From: Escherichia phage IME08
Sequence record: NC_014260.1
DNA length: 64,000 nt
Reading direction: 5' to 3' (one strand)
Position numbers and translations under genes: made by a program. The notes under the pieces were generated by a model, which was given only the letters and a program-made list of their open reading frames with translations, did not search any database and was not told the DNA's origin. Position 1 is the first letter of the stretch. Each line of letters opens with the position of its first letter. Positions 8,785 to 18,527 of this stretch are shown one piece after another.

Positions 8785-9174
8785 TTAACCACTCTGGGAG
8801 AGCTGAATTCTAATTTGCTCTAATGTATCCGGGTCATCAACGATACTAAACTGAACAGTCACGATAATCGAGTTATCATCGTACACAGGTGTCACACCTA
8901 CAGCCAGGGCAGAAATTCTGGGTTCGAAGTTCCGCACAGCGGAAACTATATTACGCTTAATGGTGTCTGTGATTAATGGAGTAATATTCTCAAACAATTG
9001 GTTGCTGATGTCACAACCGAATTCAGGCATAAAAGGGCGTGAACCTTTGCGAGTAGTAATAATACCTAACAAGCTATTTTTTACTGCACGAGCGCCTATA
9101 GCTTTAGCAACGTCTCTATTCCAAGACGTCCTCATTTCAGGGTCTAAATCCGAATACATTTTATTGATATTCAT
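8785..9174 (-). CDS. 25: baseplate wedge subunit gp25
   Basis: 129 aa; MNINKMYSDLDPEM…GIITTRKGSRPFMPEFGCD matches recalled T4 gp25. Confidence 0.9.
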   Translation of the reverse strand: MNINKMYSDLDPEMRTSWNRDVAKAIGARAVKNSLLGIITTRKGSRPFMPEFGCDISNQLFENITPLITDTIKRNIVSAVRNFEPRISALAVGVTPVYDDNSIIVTVQFSIVDDPDTLEQIRIQLSQSG

Positions 9175-9797
9175 TACATCACCTTAAAGAACTCTTTAAG
9201 TCCCTCAATAACGTGGACAGTATGTTCACCACATTCACAAGAAATAGGTATGGCCAAAATAGGCTTAGGGGCAACTAGTGCATCATAAACTTCTTTTATA
9301 TCTTTTTCTGTTATCACAGAATAAAGGTCATCAAGTTCCACATCGCTTAAATCTGAAAGAAAAAGCTTTTCGCCTGTAGAAGTTAAAATATAATCGATAC
9401 ACCCTGCGACCATCATAGCCCTATTTTTATCTTCAAAGAGTTTAGGGTATCTGAAAACAATTTTAAAGTTGCCAAAGTCTTTAATAACATCAGGCTCTTT
9501 ACCCAATGTTGCGCGAGTTAGTGTCATAGGGACAACCTGTGAGCGACCACAACTACAAACCCACTCACGTTCTATATTCACTTCAGCTAATGAATGGGCC
9601 CACAGGTTTATCACTAGGAGCTCAGATTCTTGCTTGTTTAAATCACGAGCATCTGTGCAATTCGAAATGAGTTCATTGATAAAGGACTCTATTCTGCCTT
9701 CTAATTTAGCTTGGAGCAAGTCCTTATACTCTCTGAGGGTAAATGCTCTGCATTTTATGGTTTTGTTTTTAATTTTTACGTCAAAAGTATAATTCAT
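9174..9797 (-). CDS. 26: baseplate hub subunit gp26
   Basis: 207 aa, position and size as T4 gp26. Confidence 0.75.
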   Translation of the reverse strand: MNYTFDVKIKNKTIKCRAFTLREYKDLLQAKLEGRIESFINELISNCTDARDLNKQESELLVINLWAHSLAEVNIEREWVCSCGRSQVVPMTLTRATLGKEPDVIKDFGNFKIVFRYPKLFEDKNRAMMVAGCIDYILTSTGEKLFLSDLSDVELDDLYSVITEKDIKEVYDALVAPKPILAIPISCECGEHTVHVIEGLKEFFKVM

Positions 9798-9815
9798 TGT
9801 CTTCTCCTTTAAGCT

Positions 9816-9823
9816 TATTTATA
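9816..9823 (-). promoter_or_regulatory. late promoter TATAAATA on minus strand (gene 26)
   Basis: Part of palindromic TATTTATAAATA shared with the gene 51 promoter. Confidence 0.5.
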
Positions 9824-9827
9824 AATA
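9820..9827 (+). promoter_or_regulatory. late promoter TATAAATA (gene 51)
   Basis: TATAAATA about 20 nt upstream of ATG 9848, RBS AAGAGG between. Confidence 0.55.
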
Positions 9828-9847
9828 CATCAATAAGAGGACACCCT

Positions 9848-10600
9848 ATGGCTAATATCGTACGTTGTGAAATGCCTGATGGAGTCCACCGATTTAAACC
9901 TTTTACAGTAGCTGATTATCGTGATTTTATTTTGATTCGAAATGACATGAATAATAAATCGCCTGAAGAGCAAAAACAAATTTTAGATGAGTTACTGGAA
10001 GAATACTTCGGTGAATATCCTATGTCATGGCGCCCGTATATGTTCATTGAACTTTACACGTCATCACTCGGCAAGACCAAAATTCCTATCCGATACACTT
10101 GCAGTAAGTGTGAAAAGGATAGACAAGTTTTATTCAATTTGAAACAGGCCAAGTTAGATAATCCCACAATTGAAGTGGCAGGCTTGAAGCTAACATTCAA
10201 ATTTCCGGAAATAGAATATCAAGACAAATCTGAATTGATTTTGAACACCCTCCAAACCGTAGAAGATGAAAACGGAAAATATAATTGGACTGACCTTTCT
10301 GAAGAAGACCAATTAGCCGTAATAGATGCTATAGACTTATCCACTTTAGAGGATATAGTCAAACAAACCGGCCCTATCCACTTTGAGCTTAAATATGGGT
10401 GCTGTAATCGTAGAACAATTATGTATACCGATATTTTAGAGGTGTTTAAGCTTATAGTCAATCCGGATGAGATATTTTTATTTTACCAAATAAACCATTT
10501 ATTGGTAAAGAACAATTATTCATTAGAAAGCATTATGCAGATGATTCCAATCGAACGCGGTATTGCTTTGTCTTTGGTTGAAAAGGACCTTAAGAAATGA
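9848..10600 (+). CDS. 51: baseplate hub assembly protein gp51
   Basis: Start at internal ATG after RBS (MANIVRCEM…); about 250 aa; T4 position. Confidence 0.75.
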   Translation: MANIVRCEMPDGVHRFKPFTVADYRDFILIRNDMNNKSPEEQKQILDELLEEYFGEYPMSWRPYMFIELYTSSLGKTKIPIRYTCSKCEKDRQVLFNLKQAKLDNPTIEVAGLKLTFKFPEIEYQDKSELILNTLQTVEDENGKYNWTDLSEEDQLAVIDAIDLSTLEDIVKQTGPIHFELKYGCCNRRTIMYTDILEVFKLIVNPDEIFLFYQINHLLVKNNYSLESIMQMIPIERGIALSLVEKDLKK

Positions 10601-11766
10601 GTTCAAAAACTATGCAACGTGAAGGCTTTCCTAATATTAGTATACGCCTTTACGAAGATTATGACGCCTGGTTAGAGCATCGTTTTGTTGAACTAGGCGC
10701 AACATTTACTACCCTAACAATGAGGGATGGACTTTACGGTAGTAATGAAGGATTACTCCAGTTTTATGATGCAAAAAACCTTCATACTAAAATGGATGGC
10801 GAGCAGATTATCCAAGTTTCCGTTAAGAACGCTAACTCAGAACGTACCCAATCAAGAATTTATGGAAGCAAACACTTTGCTGTAGGAGTGGATTCGAAGG
10901 GCGACAATATCATAACAATACAACTCGCCCCAATCCACTTTTTAGAAAATCTTAAATTCGGACGTATGTTCTTCCCTAGTGTTCAAGAAACATTAACAGA
11001 AATGATTGGTGTTATTTACCAAGACCGACCACTTCTTGCACCTCCGTTGAACGGAATAAACGTTTACGTTCCTAATGTTCCTTGGTGTGATTCAATGGAC
11101 CGTTATATGGAATTTGTACGAGAAGTAGGTATGGCAGTTGAATCTGATAAATTTGTATTTGTCTGGGAAGATATAGATGGTATTTCTATCATGGACTACG
11201 AATTTATGGTTAATCAAGAGCCAATTAATTTTGTGGTAGGTGAGCCTCGTTTAATAGGCCAATACGTCCAAGATATGGACACCCCTATCGCATTTGATTT
11301 TGAATGGCTAACTAAAGCTAACCAGCATACCAGAAAGCCGTACGAAAATGCTACAGTATATGCCCATTCCTTCTTGGATAAAAACGCCACACGAATTACT
11401 TTTGGTGATGGACAAAACAGTATATTAGTTTCTCGTTCAGGTGGATATTCTGATTATACCTACCGAAACGGATTTGAAGAAGCTGATAGATTGGTTACTA
11501 TGGCTCAGTATGATGGTTATGCTCATTGCAAAGTATATGGGAACTTTGAATTAACCCCAGGTGATAAGATTAATTTCTATGACCCTAAAAACCAGTTCCA
11601 ATACGATTTTTATGTAGACGAAGTTATTCACGAAGTGAGTAACAATACATCAATTACAAACCTTTATATGTTTACTAATGGTAAGCCTATTAAGATTGAA
11701 GAACCACCGAAGGTTAAAAATGAACTTAAAACTGATACTCCCGATCAAGAAAATAACGCTGGGTGA
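10597..11766 (+). CDS. 27: baseplate hub subunit gp27
   Basis: 389 aa; ATGA overlap with gene 51; T4 size 391. Confidence 0.85.
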   Translation: MSSKTMQREGFPNISIRLYEDYDAWLEHRFVELGATFTTLTMRDGLYGSNEGLLQFYDAKNLHTKMDGEQIIQVSVKNANSERTQSRIYGSKHFAVGVDSKGDNIITIQLAPIHFLENLKFGRMFFPSVQETLTEMIGVIYQDRPLLAPPLNGINVYVPNVPWCDSMDRYMEFVREVGMAVESDKFVFVWEDIDGISIMDYEFMVNQEPINFVVGEPRLIGQYVQDMDTPIAFDFEWLTKANQHTRKPYENATVYAHSFLDKNATRITFGDGQNSILVSRSGGYSDYTYRNGFEEADRLVTMAQYDGYAHCKVYGNFELTPGDKINFYDPKNQFQYDFYVDEVIHEVSNNTSITNLYMFTNGKPIKIEEPPKVKNELKTDTPDQENNAG

Positions 11767-12247
11767 TAAAGAGATTTCTATTCCTAAATTGGGCCTTAAA
11801 CACCAGAAACTGGTTAAAGATGAAAAAGACCCTTATAAGGCTCTTCACATATTAATGAATTCCATTTATAAAGGTTTATCCGCGGCAGAGACCGATTTTG
11901 CCGCTCTTCATCTTTTAGAATTCAATGGAAGATTAAAAAGTAAAGTAACCAAAGACGGGTTTACTTATAATTTAAACGACCTTTATATTTGTCAACGACT
12001 TGAATTCCAGTTCCAAGGTAAAACGTTTAAATTTAAATCACACGAACCATTTCAAACATTTGGCCCTGTTGATAGTGTATTACAATCTCTTTACCTTGGT
12101 GATGATGTACCAGATTTTCTGGATATGCCTGCCTTTGTTGCTACATGGGCCGACGATATAACTTCTACTGTAGCTATCCCTGGTCCTAATGGTCCTATCA
12201 AAGGATTGCTTAAAATCATGGATATCTTAAATGAAGAACGAATCTAA
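11720..12247 (+). CDS. 28: baseplate hub distal subunit gp28
   Basis: Start at ATG 11720 after AAGG RBS, overlapping gene 27 end; about 175 aa. Confidence 0.75.
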   Translation: MNLKLILPIKKITLGDKEISIPKLGLKHQKLVKDEKDPYKALHILMNSIYKGLSAAETDFAALHLLEFNGRLKSKVTKDGFTYNLNDLYICQRLEFQFQGKTFKFKSHEPFQTFGPVDSVLQSLYLGDDVPDFLDMPAFVATWADDITSTVAIPGPNGPIKGLLKIMDILNEERI

Positions 12248-13967
12248 TCAGAATAGTTTTCGTCGCAATAAACTGATTGAAGAAATGGCTCCTCAGCGTC
12301 GTGCTGAGGCGCTAGCCCAAACTCAGAACGACGAATTAGGAAATATATCAGATGTTTTATCCGATTCCCAGGCGGCGTCTGAATTGCTCTCTGAAGTGGT
12401 TGAGACAAAGTCTAATCAGATTATTAGTTCTGTAGACCGAGTAGATAAAAGCGTCCAAGATGTTGTCGCTGGAACAGAATTAACAGCTGAAGCTATATCA
12501 GAACAAACCCAACAATCTAAAGCTCTTTCGGACGCATTAAACGAAAAGATTAATAAGCTTTCTAATATGTTGGAGGCTAAATTTTCTGGTATTTCTATTC
12601 CACCTGAAGGGAGCTCATTAAAGGTTATTGAAGACTCTATTCCGGAAGAACCTAAGGCCGAAACTCCTAAAGTTCCTGCTGTTGTTGAAGATATTCTTCC
12701 ACCGGAAGACAATAAACCTGACGCTGAATTTGTTCCCGAGCCTCCTAAAAATTCAGATGAAGGTAAAGAAGGCGCTAAGTCTCCTCTTTCCGAGAAAATT
12801 GAAGCCCTTACTAAAATAACTGAAAAGGGATTTAAAGCTTCTGTAGGCGTTGCTGATAGAATTTCAGGTATGCTTTTTAAGTATACCATTACTGCCGCCG
12901 CTGAAGCTGCTAAACTCGCTGCAGGTTTAGTTCTTTTAATATTTGGTATAGATGCTATTCGTGTTTACTTCCAATATTTCATGGACCAATTTGAGGCAGG
13001 GTGGAAAGAATTTAACGATAAGTTTAAAGAGTGGGGCCCGTTACTTGAAGGGCTAATGACATGGGCCAAGAATGCCGAGGCTATGTTTAGTGAAGGGAAC
13101 TGGTTAGGCCTGGCCGAAGCTATTATTCGCGGTATGGTTAATCTTACTAAAAATATGGCTCAGCTTTTAATGGTCGGTATTTCTAAGTTGATTTCTGCTA
13201 TTTTAAGCAAAATACCTGGTATGGGTGAGTTGGCTGAAAACGTAGAGGCTTCCGCTTTAATGTCATATCAGCAAAATACTGGAGCCACTTTAGATGACGA
13301 AGACCAAACTAAAGTAGCCAAGTACCATGATAGACGTTCTGCTGAGGCTTTAGAAACAGCCGAGAAAATGAATAAGAAGTATAAGAATAAACCTGAGCTT
13401 ATAAACCAGGCAGAGAAATACGGTAATCTTACTAAAGAACAAGCTGACCAATTACGCGCAGGTGGAATTGACACAAGCTTCCGTGACCTCCCTGAAGAAG
13501 AACGTTTGGAGTATTTCAAGAAACGTGATAAAGCCCAGGCCGATATTATTCGTTTGACTCAAACTGCTGATAATATAATGAAGCCTGATTCTAAAGATAT
13601 CGAAAATGCTAAAGCATATAAAGCTGATATCGAGAAACAATTGGCTGACCCTATTATGGCTAAAGGTGGAGCACCGAAGGACCTTAATATCCAGCAATTA
13701 CTTGATAAGATGAATAAATCTTTAGAGAAATTTAACGAAGCCGAAAAGCCTAAACCTGCCTCTGTAGCGGAATCCCCTGAAAATACTCAGGTTAAAAAGG
13801 TTGACGAACAAATGAGAGCAAAGGAAAATGCTAAATATAGTCAGCAAGCTCCAACTCAAATAAATCAGCAAACGAATATCAAGAAAACGAGTAAGACCAG
13901 TTATAATTTACCTCCACAGTCTTCTACTCCTGCTCCTGGTATGCGTCAAGCTACTAAAGTTAATTAG
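12231..13967 (+). CDS. 29: baseplate hub subunit / tail length determinator gp29
   Basis: 578 aa; low-complexity Glu/Lys/Ala-rich extended protein; T4 order. Confidence 0.8.
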   Translation: MKNESNQNSFRRNKLIEEMAPQRRAEALAQTQNDELGNISDVLSDSQAASELLSEVVETKSNQIISSVDRVDKSVQDVVAGTELTAEAISEQTQQSKALSDALNEKINKLSNMLEAKFSGISIPPEGSSLKVIEDSIPEEPKAETPKVPAVVEDILPPEDNKPDAEFVPEPPKNSDEGKEGAKSPLSEKIEALTKITEKGFKASVGVADRISGMLFKYTITAAAEAAKLAAGLVLLIFGIDAIRVYFQYFMDQFEAGWKEFNDKFKEWGPLLEGLMTWAKNAEAMFSEGNWLGLAEAIIRGMVNLTKNMAQLLMVGISKLISAILSKIPGMGELAENVEASALMSYQQNTGATLDDEDQTKVAKYHDRRSAEALETAEKMNKKYKNKPELINQAEKYGNLTKEQADQLRAGGIDTSFRDLPEEERLEYFKKRDKAQADIIRLTQTADNIMKPDSKDIENAKAYKADIEKQLADPIMAKGGAPKDLNIQQLLDKMNKSLEKFNEAEKPKPASVAESPENTQVKKVDEQMRAKENAKYSQQAPTQINQQTNIKKTSKTSYNLPPQSSTPAPGMRQATKVN

Positions 13968-13975
13968 GATTAATA

Positions 13976-15064
13976 ATGAAAGTAAAAGAACTTGACTTTG
14001 ATGTAGCCTCCTTGTTTAAAGGAGGTTCAAAGACCTCCGCCGGCCAGTCTAAAGCTAAACCGATACAAACTACAGTAACGGCCCAATACCCGGCAGAAAG
14101 GGCCTCCGGTAATGACACCTCTACAGATATGGTGTTAAGCGATTTATATAAAAATGGCTTACTTTTTACGGCATATAATTTTAGCTCTCGTGTATCACCT
14201 GATTTGCGTAACGACCGTTCAAGTCAAATGACTAAAAAGTTTTCAAAGGCTACTGGTAAACTTACCGGTAATACCGGAGGATTCAGTGCGGTTAAAAACT
14301 TGTTTAGTAATAACTCCAAGGGAGTTAAATTTGACAACCAAGCTTTGGCAAATATTTTACTCCCACGTTCTAAATCTGACGTAGATTCGGTCACCCATAA
14401 ATTTAATGATGTCGGTGAATCATTAATTACTAAAGGTGGTGGTACTGCTACGGGTATTTTAAGTAACGTTGCCAGTACTGCTGTATTTGGTGCGTTGGAA
14501 TCCGTGACTAATGGCGTAATGGCCGATTCAGGTGAGCAGATATACACTACCGCCCGTAGTATGTACGCAGGTCCGGATAACCGTACTAAGGTATTCACTT
14601 GGGAAATGACCCCGCGAAACGCCCAAGACCTTATTCAGATTATTAAAATATATGAAATCTTTAACTACTATTCTTACGGCGAAACAGGCAACTCGGCCTT
14701 CGCTGGCGAATTAAAAGAGAAGATTGATACTTGGTATCGTTCTACGTTTAAAAAAGAAGCTATTGACAAGTTTGACGGTAAGCTATTAGGGGAAAGTATT
14801 ACAAGCTTCCTTTCTAATGTTATTGTGGTAAGTAACCCGACCATTTGGTATATCAGAAACTTTGGCGATAGCAGTTCATATGATGGTCGTGAAGATATTT
14901 TTGGTCCATGCCAAATCCAGAGTATCCGTTTTGATAAAACTCCGGATGGCCATTTTAACGGATTGGCTATTGCTCCTAACTTACCATCTACATTTAGTTT
15001 AGAAGTTACTTTCCGTGAAATCATTACTCTGAACCGTGGCTCACTTTATACGGAAGGATTCTAA
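13976..15064 (+). CDS. 48: baseplate tail tube cap gp48
   Basis: 362 aa; T4 size 364; position. Confidence 0.85.
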   Translation: MKVKELDFDVASLFKGGSKTSAGQSKAKPIQTTVTAQYPAERASGNDTSTDMVLSDLYKNGLLFTAYNFSSRVSPDLRNDRSSQMTKKFSKATGKLTGNTGGFSAVKNLFSNNSKGVKFDNQALANILLPRSKSDVDSVTHKFNDVGESLITKGGGTATGILSNVASTAVFGALESVTNGVMADSGEQIYTTARSMYAGPDNRTKVFTWEMTPRNAQDLIQIIKIYEIFNYYSYGETGNSAFAGELKEKIDTWYRSTFKKEAIDKFDGKLLGESITSFLSNVIVVSNPTIWYIRNFGDSSSYDGREDIFGPCQIQSIRFDKTPDGHFNGLAIAPNLPSTFSLEVTFREIITLNRGSLYTEGF

Positions 15065-16017
15065 TGTATACTTTACAAGAATTTCAGAACCAGGCAATTA
15101 ATATTGACCTACAGAGGAATAATCTGTTTAGTGTAGTATTTGCTACAGTTCCTTCTTCTAAATCCCAAGCGCTCCTCGACCAGTTCGGTGGAGCTTTATT
15201 TAACAATATCCCATTGAATAGCGATTTGTTTGGTATTACACAAGGAGAGTTGACCCAAGGTGTTACGACATTAGTGACAGCGGGCACTCAGAAGCTCATT
15301 CGTAAGTCAGGCATAAGTAAATATCTGATTGGAGCTATGTCATCCAGGGTTGTGCAGAGCTTACTAGGAGAGTTTGAAGTAGGTACATATCTGATGGATT
15401 TTTTCAATATGGCTTATCCTACAGCAGGTCTTTTAGTCCATGCCGTTAAAATCCCGGATAATACTTTGAACTATGAAATGGATTTGAACCACAACTCGCC
15501 TAATATCAAAATTACCGGAAGAGAATATTCTCCTCTGGTATTAAGCTTCCGTATGGATTCTGAAGCTGCCAACTACCGTGCTTTTAATGATTGGGTCAAT
15601 AGTGTCCAAGACCCTATTACACAATTAAGAGCATTACCCGAGGATGTTGAAGCTGATATTCAAGTCAACCTTCATTCTCGTAATGGGCTACCTCATACAG
15701 TAGTAATGCTTAACGGTTGTGTTCCTGTGGGTGTTTCATCGCCTGAATTATCTTATGACGGTGATAACCAAATTGCTTCGTTTGATGTTACATTTGCTTA
15801 TAGAAGTGTGCAGACGGGTGCAGTTGGTAAACAGGCTGCTTACGAATGGCTGGAAGATAAAGTCCTTAAAGGAGTGGCGGGCATAAGTGAGAGTAATTCA
15901 CTGAGTTCTTCAGTAGCTAAATTAAGCCGACTTTCAGGAGCTTCTAGTGGATTGACCGGATTGGTTAACACATTTGGCGGGCGTACTATTAATAATGGAA
16001 TATCGAGGTTGTTATAA
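15064..16017 (+). CDS. 54: baseplate tail tube initiator gp54
   Basis: 317 aa; ATG overlaps gp48 stop; T4 size 320. Confidence 0.85.
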   Translation: MYTLQEFQNQAINIDLQRNNLFSVVFATVPSSKSQALLDQFGGALFNNIPLNSDLFGITQGELTQGVTTLVTAGTQKLIRKSGISKYLIGAMSSRVVQSLLGEFEVGTYLMDFFNMAYPTAGLLVHAVKIPDNTLNYEMDLNHNSPNIKITGREYSPLVLSFRMDSEAANYRAFNDWVNSVQDPITQLRALPEDVEADIQVNLHSRNGLPHTVVMLNGCVPVGVSSPELSYDGDNQIASFDVTFAYRSVQTGAVGKQAAYEWLEDKVLKGVAGISESNSLSSSVAKLSRLSGASSGLTGLVNTFGGRTINNGISRLL

Positions 16018-16023
16018 CAAAAA

Positions 16024-16041
16024 AGGAGAGCGTATGCTCTC
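16024..16041. terminator. bidirectional hairpin terminator (GGAGAGC-GTAT-GCTCTCC)
   Basis: 7-bp perfect stem between convergent gene 54 (+) and the minus-strand early cluster. Confidence 0.65.
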
Positions 16042-16052
16042 CTTTAGGGGGT

Positions 16053-16343
16053 TTACTTACGGAACGAAATGAAACCTGCCGCCGTCATTAGCGGTTGCTT
16101 TTTAACAAATACCGTAACTGAAATAGGAGCTTCGGATTCAAGCTGACCAGTCACTACACCATTAAAGATATTTTCAGTTTGTTCCGGCTGAGAAAAGTTC
16201 TCAACAGGGCGGATATCAAATTGCTTATCTTCACCGAAAACTCGACGCAATTCATTACCAATGGCACTGTCAAACTCTTCGGAAGCAGGGATAACGTTTT
16301 CAACTACCAGTTCTTGACCATTAAAACGGAATGCAGATTTCAT
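16053..16343 (-). CDS. hypothetical protein downstream of alt (alt.-3-like position)
   Basis: 96-aa ORF, no recognised motif. Confidence 0.45.
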   Translation of the reverse strand: MKSAFRFNGQELVVENVIPASEEFDSAIGNELRRVFGEDKQFDIRPVENFSQPEQTENIFNGVVTGQLESEAPISVTVFVKKQPLMTAAGFISFRK

Positions 16344-16400
16344 AATGTTCTCCTCATGTTTGTGTAAGGTAATAGTACCACATCCATGTGGTGTTGTAAA

Positions 16401-18524
16401 CTACATTTTGAATTTATTTGGCAGAGCAGAGATATCCAAAGATGCAGCAAGGATTTCCATAGCCTCGTTGCTTTCAGAAACAGATTCACTAACCAAGAAC
16501 TGTTTAAAGCCATCCATCGGACGAACTTCACCGGTTTCCATCAGATGGTCGCCGTCATAAACAGATTCACTGAGCTCTGAAGGAGACATCACAGTAGCTT
16601 CCATAAGATATTTGTGAGATACCCTATCATTCATAGCAAAAGCCGCTACTTTATCAACCTTCATCAATAATCCGCGCGGAAGGATAATTTCTGCTTCTTC
16701 AGCGTATTCTGTAAGGTCACCAGGAGCGATAACTTTAACTGCTTCAGCACCTCGAATAACCATACCAATTTCAGCAATTCTATCCGCAGGGCCTTCAGGT
16801 GCAATTGGATTACCAAACTCGTCTTCTTCCCATTCTACCTCTTCATCGTCGACTTCACCTACATCAGATGAACTACCGCTAGCCAATTTAAACAACTCAT
16901 CAGCGGAGGATAAAGAACCTTCACCACCAACAAAAACGGCTTGGTTGTCGAGGGCCATATAATTTTTACCGAATTCACCAAAGATGTTAGGCTTTAGTGA
17001 GGCGGACACAAAGTTCTTAAAGTAAAATGTTTTGTTATCGATATTATGACGCAGAATTTTGTATGGCAAATCCTGACCACGATACAAAATAGTACCCTTA
17101 GGAAGTTTAATACCCTTAGTAAATGCCGAGTCTAAATCCTTAATCAATCTAATAGCCGTTGTATTGTTTTCGGATTCAGGTTTACCTAAAAGGAATAAGT
17201 TCATAGGAGCATATTCAGCTGCGCAATATTCAATAATAGCATTGCTTTCGTCTTTGGTTAGGTCCTTAGGTTTAATGAGCTCGCCTGAATAAGCATATGC
17301 ATCACCAATAGAATCGTTAATCAGTTTATAAACGGCTTCCATAGCGAAAGCAATTCGAGATGCCTTTTCTGAAGGGGAGCCATTAAAACGGGCACTCAGG
17401 TTATTAACAATTCTCTTAATAATATCCAGACTATTGGTAGTATTGATTTGCGAAAGGCCGCTTAAAAGTCTATCGACTTCTGTATTAAAAAATGCCATAT
17501 TTTTAGAGTAAATTTCAAACCCTTGTTTATCTCTATTAGCATAATTTAGTTTAAATTTACTATCAGTCATTAAAGCATGTGTGAGAGCAATAGTGTATCT
17601 AAAGTTAGCAAGGTCCTCGCTCTTAGATTTAAACTGAGAAGCCTGGCGCATTTTGGTAATAGCACCTTTTTTAAAGTTCTGACTAATCTGTTCAATACCT
17701 TCGTTCTCAGGGCCTTCGGCAGTGTGAACCGGTACAGAAGCTTCAAACTCGTTATAAACCTGCAATTCTTTAGGGGACAAAGTTTCAGGCTCAGCAGTAG
17801 AATACTGCGCGGCAGCCGCCATACGACGGGAAATCTTAGTACGAGTAATGACAGCCTTATCGGTACGTTTCTCTTCAACCTGTGCAATAGATGCCGCTAC
17901 GGCTTCGACCTTACTTACGGCCTGGCCGGTTTTCTTAGAAACATACACTTCGCCGACTTTAGAATCGACTTTGGTATAAAGGTCGGCATCAATTTCAGGC
18001 ATGCCTTTGATATCTTCGATATTGGAACCACGACGTACTAAAAGAACGTAGGTATGTTTTCCACTGAACTGGAACATGCTATCAACAACTTTAAACTTAC
18101 CGCCAGTACGAGCCATCGCTAAACGTGCCAATACGCGCTGAACAGTAGGACCCTTACCTTTCATTTTCTTGGTAGGGAAACGGAATAAAACTGCATCCAT
18201 TTTAAGTTTGTTTACTTGTTCGTATACAGTATCGAAAATGGTATTCAGTGTACCAAGTGGGTCAGAACCAAGGCCACCCTTAAGTTCAGCCGGAGCACCC
18301 TTGCTTGACAAACTCATTAGAATAACATGAATGTATTTGTCGCCTGGCTTAACCATTTTAATAGCGTCTCCTTGAGACGCATAAGATACCATACGAGCAA
18401 CCAGGTTATCATTACCTGGTGCATGGATAGAGAAAATCTGTGGAATACCGGAACCCGGTTTAAGATTTGTTACTGGATAGTTTTTAGCGGAATCACTATC
18501 AAAAACCTCGTTTAAATTTTCCAT
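16401..18524 (-). CDS. alt: Alt-like ADP-ribosyltransferase, paralog A
   Basis: 707 aa; R-S-E ART triad context (YRGQ…, FVSAS, EAEIILPRG); conserved N-terminus shared with paralog B. Confidence 0.85.
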   Translation of the reverse strand: MENLNEVFDSDSAKNYPVTNLKPGSGIPQIFSIHAPGNDNLVARMVSYASQGDAIKMVKPGDKYIHVILMSLSSKGAPAELKGGLGSDPLGTLNTIFDTVYEQVNKLKMDAVLFRFPTKKMKGKGPTVQRVLARLAMARTGGKFKVVDSMFQFSGKHTYVLLVRRGSNIEDIKGMPEIDADLYTKVDSKVGEVYVSKKTGQAVSKVEAVAASIAQVEEKRTDKAVITRTKISRRMAAAAQYSTAEPETLSPKELQVYNEFEASVPVHTAEGPENEGIEQISQNFKKGAITKMRQASQFKSKSEDLANFRYTIALTHALMTDSKFKLNYANRDKQGFEIYSKNMAFFNTEVDRLLSGLSQINTTNSLDIIKRIVNNLSARFNGSPSEKASRIAFAMEAVYKLINDSIGDAYAYSGELIKPKDLTKDESNAIIEYCAAEYAPMNLFLLGKPESENNTTAIRLIKDLDSAFTKGIKLPKGTILYRGQDLPYKILRHNIDNKTFYFKNFVSASLKPNIFGEFGKNYMALDNQAVFVGGEGSLSSADELFKLASGSSSDVGEVDDEEVEWEEDEFGNPIAPEGPADRIAEIGMVIRGAEAVKVIAPGDLTEYAEEAEIILPRGLLMKVDKVAAFAMNDRVSHKYLMEATVMSPSELSESVYDGDHLMETGEVRPMDGFKQFLVSESVSESNEAMEILAASLDISALPNKFKM

Positions 18525-18527
18525 TAT

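Noticed and set aside
17570-18041. ORFs of 105 and 154 aa within alt paralog A on both strands
   Set aside because: Embedded in or antisense to a long conserved gene; alternative frames, no start context.
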